A stretch of DNA of 64,000 nt from Cetorhinus maximus (Eukaryota): the NCBI RefSeq assembly GCF_964194155.1, contig NC_135905.1:26350001-26414000 (forward strand), read 5' to 3'. Below are positions 25,546 through 35,980 of the stretch, in pieces. The notes beneath the pieces were generated by a model. That model was not told the origin of the DNA and did not search any database. It saw only the letters and a program-made list of their open reading frames with translations. The translations under genes and the position numbers were made by a program. Position 1 is the first letter of the stretch. Every line of letters begins with the position of its first letter.

Positions 25546-26112
25546 AGCCCTGGTTTTAACAGTGCTTCTCTAGGCCACTCTAACCACCTCTTTGTTCTCT
25601 CTCCCTGGTTTTTGAAGGGAGAAGTTTCTCAGTGTTTTGCCAATGAGTGTCAAGCAGCAGAACCTAACCCTTCTTTGAGTGAAATGTGTTGGGCTGTGAA
25701 GCAGCTGACCTCACTCAGGATAAAGTCTGACCTCAAACTGTCGAGGAAAAATGTGAGTTTCCCACTGTGCCCATTTCATGGCCAACTGCACTGGAAAGCA
25801 TCTCATTTAACCTTTCTTTAAATGTGACTTTAAAAAAAAGAAAATGAACTGGGCTTCTTTGTCTCCAAAGTTCTTTATGAAGTTAAATAGCATTGACGGT
25901 TTAGGTGTTCATAATAAATCTAATTCAGCTATGAAGATGAGCTGATTGCACCCTCTGTGTACTGATTAAAGTGTTATCTTTGTCCCAGTGAATTTTAAGG
26001 GGTAAGTCTAAGATTAAACAATGGCAATTTGATTTTTCAGTTTATTTCAAGAACATGATGAATTAACGTTTGCCAATAACTAAAAATAATTTTACTAAAA
26101 CGGTGAGAGAGA

Positions 26113-26410
26113 TTTGCATTTCTGTAGCACCTTTCATGACCTCAGGCCATCTCAAAGTGCTTTACAGCCCAATGATTGCTTTTGAAGTATAGTCACTGCT
26201 GTAATGTAGGACGCATAGCAACCCATTTGTGCACAGCAAGCTCCCACAGACAAAAGTGTGGCAATGACCAGATCATCTTTGTTTTGTGTGATGTTAATTG
26301 AGGGCTAAATATTGGCTAGGACACCGGGGAGAACTCCCCTGCTCTGCTTCCGAAATCGCAGGATTCTTTACATTCACCTGAGAGGGCAGACAGGACCCTA
26401 GATTAACCTC
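26113..26410 (-). mobile_element. Deu-domain SINE 3' half
   Basis: Reverse strand: ctgtctgccctctcaggtg...tcctagccaatatttagccctcaa...tgtgggagcttgctgtgcacaaat...tgaaaggtgctacagaaatgcaa. Confidence 0.75.
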
Positions 26411-27489
26411 GTGCCCAAACAACAGATTAGGGAGCTGAACCATTTGCACATCTTTGTTTTGTCCACTGTTGAAATGGAGGCATGAATCTATTGCAAATAA
26501 AGACTAACGCTCCTGATATGAGAGAGACGGTCTGCGTCTTTGTCTCATTAGCATCGTTGCCAGTAATTCTTCACCGTATATCATTGCAGTTGTTGATAAA
26601 ACATTGCTCTGGTGATTCTAGCACATTGACAGGACACCCTGGGAAGTAGAAACTGATTTCGATCCAGCTGATTAACCATCCTTCAGGGGTGGCTTTTCAA
26701 GTGGTGATCTTGATTCCTGTGGACTCTAGTCTAAAAAAGAGCATCGCAACATTGTGAGCCATGCTCACCAGACACATGTTAAAAGGAAAAAGAAACAGTG
26801 TCCACATTTACAGCTCAAAGTCTTCTCATAACCCAAAGACCCAGTGAGTAAATGTGAAGCCTGGAGGTAAAGTTCCAGAGCTGGGGTTTGCCTCCATATC
26901 TTAGTTGGTTGTGTTTTGATTGGTAGCAGAGTTTGCATGCACAAGGTCAGAGGCTGAAATAAGGTGGATGGGTTTCTAAGTTAGAGCATTTCATTCATGA
27001 ATGCATCCTGTGGCTGTACCTGCTTTACTGAGAATGTCCCCTTCCTTTGTTACCGCACTCAACTCCCATATTTATTTGTTTGAACACTATCAAATGGCAC
27101 ATGAAATAAACAGAAATAGGCGGCCCTGCTTTTAACACTGGGCCAGTTTTGGACAGGCGAGTGGCTTGGTGAGTTAGCCTCTCACCCACTGATTCCGAAA
27201 TGAGGCTCTAGGAGGGATATTTTCACTCTGAAGCCACATTTAAATTTCACCATCAACCTCACACCCATTCCCAGTGAGTGGGTCTAACTGAGTAACTCTT
27301 TCAAAGGGTCAGCACAAGCACGATGGGCCAAGTGGCCTCCTTCTGCGCTATAAGATTCAGTGAGTTTTCTTATATTGCACTTTCTGAAGCACTCTGAGTA
27401 TCCTTGTGAAATGAACTGAAAGCAATAGCACATTCCCAGGCAGCTATTGGAAGGTTCGCTTAAACTGAAAGAAAACAAGATGAAATAAC

Positions 27490-28030
27490 AAGTTTTACAC
27501 TTTAGGAAAAAGTCAGTTAACAATATTGTTCCCGTGAAGATTCATGATGTGGACATTGAAATAACTACTAACTACAAGTATCTAGGTGTCAAAGCAGATG
27601 CTAAGTCGAATTGGAGGGAACAGTGTACAGATGCAGTGGACTAGGAAGATACACAATCACACTACTTCAGAGAATTAAAATCCTTCCGATAGATCCGACA
27701 ATCATGAAACTCTTCTACACGGCGTTAGTTGAGAGTGCTATCCTTTTAGGCTGTCTGTCCTGGTACCATTGCCTTAGGAAAGCAGACTCTTTAAGGGTAG
27801 AGAGATTATTGAACCAAGCAGGAAGGGTATTTGATGAGCAGATCTTTCTTGATGAAATCCGCTCCCGAAGAATTTTGACAAAAGTTAAGATAACATGAAC
27901 AATGAGAATCACCCTTTGTCACAATATTACCCTGTTCAGGGAAAAGGTTACAATCCTTCTGATGCAGGACAAATCAGTTCCTGCACTCATTTGTGCCCTT
28001 ATCTATAAGAAGGTTTAACAGGAGTTTGAA
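27490..28030 (+). mobile_element. Rex1/Babar-like (L2-group) LINE RT C-terminal fragment
   Basis: HFRKK...PVKIHDVDIEITTNYKYLGV; after a frameshift KLFYTALVESAILLGCLSWY..LRKADSLRVERLLNQAGRV; NHPL; CRTNQFLHSFVPLSIRRFN. Confidence 0.75.
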
Positions 28031-28329
28031 GTATGGACGAGGATACGCACTCAGGGTTGGACTCACAGACGGATTGTTTTCATGCATTGGAATAGTTTTT
28101 AATGCAGATTTTAATTAAAGTTACATCTCTGTGATAGGATAATTTTCTTTCTTTTATTGTTATTATTCATTTATATATAAGTTTTTAACTTATGAGTAAT
28201 GTACACAAAATGAATTATCAAGTGGGCAAAAAGTGAAATTGATATTGGAAGATGCTGCTGGGTAAAGCAGTAACAATCTTCATTCTGATAGATTGCAAGA
28301 CTCGTCAAGAATATAACCATACAACTACA

Positions 28330-28630
28330 TTCCTGCTGGGTTCACCTCTCTTCCAATTCTAGCCTCATTGTACCCTCCCCCCCCATTTTTAATCTCTCCA
28401 CCATTGGCAGCCATGCTTTCACCTGCCTGAGTCCTAAATTCCGGAAGTCCCTCCCTAAAACTCTTCACTTCTCTACCTTGCTGCCCTATTCTATGATGCT
28501 CCTCAAAGCTTACCTCTTTGACCGACTGTCCTGAAATTTCCTTTTGTGGCTTCATATTAAATCTAAATTGATTATGCTTGATTGAAACTCCGTGGGAAAA
28601 GGTGCTATATAAATGCAAGCTGTTGCTTGT
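28330..28630 (+). mobile_element. L2-like LINE 3' end
   Basis: ccaccattggcagccatgctttc...ctccctaaa...acctctttgacc...aaggtgctatataaatgcaagctgttg. Confidence 0.7.
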
Positions 28631-30104
28631 TGGTATTTTATCCGTTTCTTTTAAAGGAAGTTTCTTGTTTATGTTGGAATGTTTTAGGAGATTTCTAGCT
28701 GAGAGTTTTACCAACACATTTGCCCTCTCACGGCAGTCCCTTGAGGTTTGTGACCCTCACTTGCAGCCTTTATTGTTCCACTTGAGTTGGCACTGTGGGA
28801 TCGTACCCCACTCTTGCCTCCTCCCCCACAACAAGCAATCAGGCCTTCACCGCACCCTCTCATCCAGCCAGCACCAACTGGATTCTGACACTGTTGATCC
28901 TCTTCATTATCTCATAGCATTTCTTTGCCCTCTATAAGGCAGGCATTATTTCGGATTGTCTTAACTTGTCAAAAGCAATTTCCATTCCTATTACCACATG
29001 GTGTCGTTCACAGCTCGACCCAACTCCGATCCTTCCCCTGCCCCCTCCCTGCCTTGTCAGTGTTAATTTTCCCTCCTCATTCATCTGGAATTGAGAGTTG
29101 TGGCCTCATTCAGAACCTGCACCACAATAAACAGAGGAACCAACCAATTAGTAGCCAACTAGAATGCCAGGAATCTTAATTAGGAGAATACTCAATTATA
29201 TCAATTGATATTTTTCCATATTTAATTATCCACACTGCTGTGCACTCAAAAGAATCCATTGTCCAACCGATTCAAGGCGATGACAGTTCGTGATGGGATT
29301 TGGCCAAGCTACAGCTTAGGCATTGAACTCACAGGAAAACTGCCTCCTCTCAGTGCCTCTCTCTCTCTCTCTCGAGGACCCAGAGCAGCCAAACCGGGTT
29401 AATAGACCTCTCCGTGAACTCTACCAGTCTACCTCCCTATGCTCCTTTTCAATGCTTTCTATTGCTGCAAGTTTTGAAAAAAAAAGATATGTTTCTAACG
29501 ACTGAGGAATGGGTTAGATTCACGATGCTGAAAAATTGGCCGTGACTTATTTAGGCTTTTCCAGTGAAGGAAACTTCTGACCGTTGGAAACGTCAGTTTG
29601 AATGTGCATAAAGTGGCCGGTTATCTTCACTCTGTAGTTTAATGTTATTTAAATGAAAATGAGGACGTCTCTTAAAAAGTCCTCCTCGCGTACGTCTCTC
29701 GGACTCTATGTCTGAAGCTGTTATTTTGTAGATTAACACAAAAGCAAAAATACTGCAGATGCTGGGAATCTGAAGTAAAAACAGAAAATGCTGTAAGTAC
29801 TGAGCAGGTCAGGCAGTATCTGTGGAAAGTGAAACAGAGTTGACGTTTCAAGTGGCCTGATAAATGGACCTGGATCTTCCGAGCATTGGCAATGATCGTC
29901 AGGTTGTCACTGTGATCGATAATTTTTGATGCTGCTGCACATTTCTACTGGGTCCTTCTCACCCGGGCTTCCGCAGAAATGAGCAGCACAGCGTCCATTA
30001 GGGAACTCCGCCGAAACGCGATAGAGTCGGGGAAGGACAGTCCTGTTCCCTTTTTATGGCACTAGCTGCCGTTTGGTAAGTTTAAATCTCCAGTTCGAAT
30101 GTTA

Positions 30105-30480
30105 GTGAATGGGTAAGTGAGTAAATGAGTAGGTGGGAGAAGTAGGTGGCAGATGGATGAGGTGGGTAGGGTGGGTGAGGTGGGTAGGGTGGGTGAGGTG
30201 GGTATGTGGGTGAGGTGGGTAGGGTGGATTAGGTGACAAGTGGGTGAGTTTGCAGGTGGGTGAGAAGACAGATGGGTGAGATGGGTAGGGTGGGTGAGGT
30301 GGTAGGTGGGTGAGGGGGGTATGTAGGTGAGGTGGGTAGGGTAGATTTGGTGACAGGTGGGTGAGTTTGCAGGTGAGTGAGATTGCAGGTGGATGAGATG
30401 AGAGGTGGGTGAGGTGGGTAGGGTGGGTGAAGGGGTAGGAGGGTGAGATGGAAGGTGGGTGAGGTGGTAGATGGCTAACT
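30105..30480 (+). repeat. G-rich degenerate tandem repeat (gggtgaggtgggta-like), potential G-quadruplex tract
   Basis: Repeated ggtgggtagggtgggtgaggt units with many GGG runs on one strand. Confidence 0.8.
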
Positions 30481-30781
30481 GGGTCATTGAGTCTTGAGGT
30501 GGTTGATTTGGGGGGGGGGTGGTGGTCGGGAAGGGAGGCTGTTCAGGTTGGGTCACGGGTAGTTGGGTTGGGTCAGGGGTTAGTTAGTGGGATCAGAGGG
30601 AGCTGATTGGCGGGTCGGTGGGGGCCGCTGATCGGGGGATCGGTTGTGGAGTTACCCAGGAGTTAGACTAGGTTTTAAAAACAAAAAGCTAAAAGCTACT
30701 GTAGATGCTGGAAATCCAAAACAAAAACAGAATTAACTGGAAAAACTCAGCAGGTCTGGCAGCATCGGCGGAGAAGAAAAG

Positions 30782-30820
30782 AGTCGACGTTTCGAGCCTT
30801 CACGGCCCTTCGGCAGAACT
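30782..30820 (-). ncRNA. Minimal type I hammerhead-like motif, CUGCCGA core variant
   Basis: AGUU-CUGCCGA-A-GGGCC-GUGAA-GGCUC-GAAAC-GUC-GACU on the reverse strand. Confidence 0.55.
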
Positions 30821-31412
30821 GAGTATAGTTAGGAGAAGGGAGAAATATAAACTGGTTTAAGGTGGGTGGGGGGTGGGGGGGGGGTGGGGGAGAGAGAAGT
30901 TGAGGGTGTGGTGATTGTGGAGATAAGCAAGCAGTGATAGGAGCAGATAATCAAAAGATGTCACAGACAAAAGGATCAAAGAGGTGTTGAAGGTGGTGAT
31001 ATTTGTCTAAGAAAAGTGCTAATTAAGAATGGAGGACAGGATATTCAAAGTACAGCTCTAGTGGGGGTGGGGTAGACAGACTAACAAGGTTTTAGTTTTA
31101 GATTTAAAAATAATGGAAATAGGTGGGAAAAGAAGAATCTATATAAATTATTGAAAAAAAGGGGGGGGGGGAGGAGAAACGGGGTGGGGATGGGGGGAGG
31201 GGGAGTTTAAGATCTGAAGTTGTTCAATTCAATATTCAGCCCGGAAGGCTGTAAAGTGCCTAGTCGGAAGATGAGGTGCTGTTTCTCCAGTTTGCGTTGG
31301 GCTTCACTGGAACAATGCAGCAAGCCAAGGACAGACATGTGGGCAAGAGAGCAGGGTGGAGTGTTAAAATGGCAAGCGACAGGGAGGTTTGGGTCTTTCT
31401 TGCGGACAGACC

Positions 31413-32448
31413 TCGTCGGGACCTGGAAAAATTTATTAATTTTGCTTCCAATCTCCACCCCTCCATCATTTTTACATGGTCCATCTCTGACACTTCTCTT
31501 CCCTTCCTTGACCTCTCTGTCTCAATTTCTGATGATAGACTGTCCACCAATATCCATTACAAGCCTACCAACTCCCACAGCTACCTCGACTACAGCTCCT
31601 CACACCCTGCTTCTTGTAAAGACTCCATCCCATTCTCTCAGTTCCTTCGCCTCCGTCGCATCTGTTCTGATGACGCTACCTTCAAAAACAGCTCCTCTGA
31701 CATGTCCTCCTTCTTCCTTAACCGAGGTTTTCCATCCATGGTCGTTGACAGGGCCCTCAACCGTGTCCGGCCCATATCCCGCGCATCCTCCCTCACGCCT
31801 TCTCCTCCTTCCCAGAAACATGATAGGGTCCCCCTTGTCCTCACTTATCACCCCACCAGCCTCCGCATTCAAAGGATCATCCTCCGCCATTTCCGCCAAC
31901 TCCAGCATGATGCCACCACCAAACACATCTTCCCTTCACCCCCCCTGACGGCATTCCGTAGGGATCGTTCCCTCCGGGACACCCTGGTCCACTCCTCCAT
32001 CACCCCCTACTCCTCAACCCCCACTTATGGCACCTCCCCATGCCCACCCAGAAGATGCAACACCTGCCCCTTCACTTCCTCTCTCCTCACCGTCCAAGGG
32101 CCCAAACACTCCTTTCAAGTGAAGCAGCATTTCACTTGCATTTCCCCTAACTTAGTCTACTGCATTCGTTGCTCCCAATGCGGTCTCGTCTACATTGGAG
32201 AGAGCAAACGCAAACTGGGCGACCGTTTTGCGGAACACCTGCGGTCTGTCCGCAAGAAAGACCCAAACCTCCCTCTCGCTTGCCATTTTAACACTCCACC
32301 CTGTTCTCTTGCCCACATGTCTGTCCTTGGCTTGCTGCATTGTTCCAGTGAAGCCCAACGCAAACTGGAGGAACAGCACCTCATCTTCCAACTAGGCACT
32401 TTACAGCCTTCCGGGCTGAATATTGAATTGAACAACTTTAGATCTTAA
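31413..32448 (+). CDS. Penelope-like polyprotein C-terminal part: RT end/thumb, Cys-rich linker, GIY-YIG endonuclease (5'-truncated)
   Basis: FINFASNLHPSIIFT, LPFLDL, YKPT.SHSYLDYSSSHP, SIPFSQFLRLRRICS, CPPRRCNTC linker, NLVYCIRCSQC..VYIGE, RFAEH, VACHF/LACHF, RKLEEQHLIF.LGTLQPSGLN; no stops for about 345 codons. Confidence 0.9.
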
Positions 32449-32854
32449 ACTCCCCCTCCCCCCATCCCCACCCCATTTCTCCTCCCCCCCCCCCCTTTTT
32501 TTTCAATAATTTATATAGATTCTTCTTTCCCCACCTATTTCCATTATTTTTAAATCTAAAACTAAAACCTTGTTAGTCTGTCCACCCCACCCCCACTAGA
32601 GCTGTACCTTGAGTATCCTGTCTTCCATTCTTAATTAGCACTTTTCTTAGACAAATATCACCACCTTCAACACCTCTTTGACCCTTTTGTCTGTGACATC
32701 TTTTGATTATCTGCTCCTATCACTGCTTGCTTATCTCCACAATCACCCCACCCTCAACTTCTCTCTCCCCCAACCCCCCCCCACCACCCCCCCGCCACCC
32801 CCACCCCCCCACCTTAAACCAGTTTATATTTCTCCCTTCTCCTAACTATGCTTC

Positions 32855-32893
32855 AGTTCTGCCGAAGGGCCTTGAAGGCTCGAAACGTTAACT
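32855..32893 (+). ncRNA. Minimal type I hammerhead-like motif, CUGCCGA core variant
   Basis: AGUU-CUGCCGA-A-GGGCC-UUGAA-GGCUC-GAAAC-GUU-AACU. Confidence 0.55.
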
Positions 32894-35159
32894 GATTTCT
32901 TCTCCGCCGATGCTGCCAGACCTGCCGAGTTTTTCCAGGTAATTCTGTTTTAGACTAGGTTTTAACCTGTCTAACATTTCCTGGGTGATTATCCAGCTAA
33001 GTCCCGTGGAACTGTCGGAAGTCTCTCACTCTTGCTCAGAGTCAGACACATTCGCGGAGGGTCCTGGGGAGCAGGGGAGTTGCCCATCGGAAGTTGGAAC
33101 TTCCCCGGCAATCCCCATGTCGGTCCGCGCGTCAGGACTTCCACAAATGATCCGGAGACCAGGAGATTTGGGCCATTAACTCTTTCTCTTCACAGATGCT
33201 GCCTGATCTACTGAGGATTTCCAGCATTTTCTATTTTTATTTTGTTCATTAATTTTGTTTTCAAGTGGGGTATCAAGATGGTATTTGAGGGTAAGTGAAC
33301 AGGGTGTTGCTTGTCCTTTTGGAGAGTCAGACTTGGGATAAATTCATTCCTGGACGCAGTACGGGATTCATTCCATTGCATCCCATCCATTTCCTCAACT
33401 CTCCCACTTGCCTTTTATTTGAATTTTGGGGTTTAGTTTAGAACTGCTCCTCATTCCTTTCCCTGTGCCCTCTGAATACAACACTCAGATTACAAGAACC
33501 TACAGAACCAAGTCAAATACTTTGGTGTAACTGGTGTTGTGCCATTTTTTCCAAGGAAATTTCGATGTAGATGACTTTTGCGCCAATCTCTAGTTCCATC
33601 GTTGAAACCCCTCTGAACCCCATTAACATAGTCCTGCCTTCATTCACCTCGGCCCACCCCAATTGAGAGAATAGTGATTGCAAGTTTTCTGCACTACACC
33701 AGGCATTTTCTAGCAAAGTTTGTTAGTGTTTTTTTATATGTTGTTGAGACCTGCATTTTTCCCCATATCTTTGTTTTTGTTTTAAACGCATTAAACAGGG
33801 AAATGCTTTCACAATTGGGTTTTTTAGACGATGAACTCAAATGGTGATTCTGATGTCTTCAGACATTTATTTTCACAACGTCAGTAAGATAATGGGGAAC
33901 ACAGCAACCTGTCTTCTGAATGGAACTGATGGACAGGTAGAGGCTCCATATTGCCTTGAGCATCATGATTCTCCAATGCTCCCAGCAGACAAGGAATATC
34001 CTGGAATGGTCCAAAACAAAAAATAGGTAAGAAACCCTGGGCCACTTGAGGGAAAGGAAATTCCAGGATATTCCTTCCCAAGCTCGGAAGGTAATAGAAA
34101 ATGAGTTTCAGGTGATCACAATCCTCATGGGACATCCAACATCTTCAAGAGATCGCAAAAATCCAACTCCAATTATTTGTGTGGAAAGGTATTATTTTCC
34201 CTGGGTTAAGTTCTTCTACTGCAAAGGGCGGCAAATACAAAAAGAAAACAAATTGCATTTGTATAGCGCCATTCATGATCTCAAGACACCCTTTATAGAT
34301 TTCATGACATGTTGTTATTGTTGTAATGTAGGAAACAGGGAAATCAATTTGAGCACATTTTGTAAAGCACTTTGAGAAGCCTTGAGATCATGACGGGCGT
34401 TATATAAATGCGAGTCTGTCTGTCTGGAATTGCCTGAATGCTGCTGGATCCAATTGGGTTTGTCTCCTGACTATATTTGCCGTCACTTCACAGCAGGAGA
34501 GGGACGGCTGACATACATATTTCTCGGATGGTGTAACTGCACATAAGATGCACTTGATTGACTGCCCCAGCATAATGACATCGCCTAGTTACACATAAAC
34601 AGAAAGCCAGCCACAGCCTGCTCTGCAGATAACCCTTTTGTATTCTGTTACATCACACCTCTCTACAACATTGATCGATACGTCTGTGCCACAAAACAGG
34701 CCGCAGGTTTTGAGCGACATGACCTTAACTGCAGACTCTCAGAACAAAGTTCATCTTCATTCCAATTGTCTTTGAGTACATTATAATTCTATGTGATAGC
34801 AGGAAAGAATGAAATTCAAATTAGCCTTTCCTTTTCTTTCCACCCCTTCTCCTTTAATCTATTTTCAATAGGAAACATTCATCTTCAACGCTCAGTCCCT
34901 TTGCTTCAGCTGTCTGTTGATCCTAGCCCTGGAAGGATTTTAATTTTAATACTTTAGAAATATAGTTTGGTTGGAATTGTTGAACAAGTTGCCTTAAGTC
35001 TTCAGCAGACAGACAAGTTGTCCCCAATGAATAAAAGCAAGCAGAACTGTTGTCTTTAAGTTCTGGAACAAAGTAAATTAACAGTTTGTTTTCGTATCGA
35101 CATTGAAGCCATTTAGATTTCGTATTTTTTAATCCCCCTGTTTATCCACAGTTTCTACC

Positions 35160-35980
35160 TTCTCATGAATTAGAAAATACCCTGTTCTATCTTCAATAGT
35201 GAATGCGCACTTTCCCCACATGTAACTTCATCTGCCAGTTTTGCCCACTCACTTAATCTATTTATGTCCCTTTGCAACTTTCTGCTCCTATCTACAGTGT
35301 TTGTTGTGCAGCTTAACTTAGTGCAGTCAGCAACGGTCCACCACCTGCGATTGGACCCCGACCGCGATTTCACGCTGGTTGGCCAATTAACGGCCACGGC
35401 CAGCGTGAAACATGCGCTGAGACCCTCAGCGCTCCTGGGGTGGGGGCGGGAGGAGCGCGAGTGCTGAAGTGTAAGCGTGCGCAGGGGAGCGCTCACTGAA
35501 GGCACAGAGCTGCCTCAGGGAGCTGAGGATTTTTAACCTGGAAAATAAAGATTTTACATATGAGATAAACGTGTCCCCACGTGTGACTCAGTCGCATGAA
35601 GAGGGACATGTAAAAAAGGGATGTTGAAAAATGTTTTATTGGTTTTTTTTAAAGCGAGCGTTGGAAACCTCATCCTGCGAGAGTGCGCGATGATGTCGGG
35701 ACACTCACCTGACATCATCGCGCACTATTTCACATTTAAGCACTCCGCCATTGGTGGCCATACCGGCAGCCGCTTGGACCCGGAGCTCTGGAGTTCCCTC
35801 ACTAAACCTCACAGCCCCTCTCTCCTCCTTTAAGAAGCTGCTTAAAATCTACCTCTTTGGCCAAGCATTTGATCACCTTATGTGGCTCGGGGGTCAAATT
35901 TTGTTAGTTAATTGACCCTGAGAAGTGCCTTAAGGGCGTGTTATTATATTAAAGATGCTGTATAAAATTCTGTTGTTGTT
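35160..35980. mobile_element. Nested cluster: CR1 RT fragment (-, ~35160-35330), internally deleted Harbinger-type MITE (~35335-35735), L2 3' end (+, ~35745-35980)
   Basis: Reverse frame KLQRDINRLSEWAKL; MITE motifs gagctgcctcagggagctg and ggaaacctcatcc; L2 tail ctacctctttggccaagcatttg. Confidence 0.65.

Larger units (their letters stand above)
30679..32949 (+). mobile_element. Young 5'-truncated Penelope-like retroelement (Neptune-like) with an inverted terminal duplication and 16-bp TSD
   Basis: 30679-31412 is the reverse complement of 32243-32949 plus extra tail; TSD ttagactaggttttaa at 30663-30678 and 32950-32965; uninterrupted RT-C/GIY-YIG frame. Confidence 0.92.
29867..33174. mobile_element. 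Probable non-autonomous DNA element (G-rich core) inserted in a palindromic Penelope mini-element and itself hosting the large Penelope
   Basis: Interrupts inverted Penelope ends at 29740-29860 and 33175-33245; weak terminal match gacctggatcttc / gagatttgggcc; sequence is continuous across the 16-bp Penelope TSD. Confidence 0.45.

Noticed and set aside
30062-30556. Pro/Thr/His-rich 164-aa ORF
   Set aside because: Translation of the G-rich simple repeat.
31276-31412. N-terminal 45 aa of the 390-aa ORF as a real protein start
   Set aside because: This is the antisense reading of the inverted arm, fused by chance in frame to the truncated RT.
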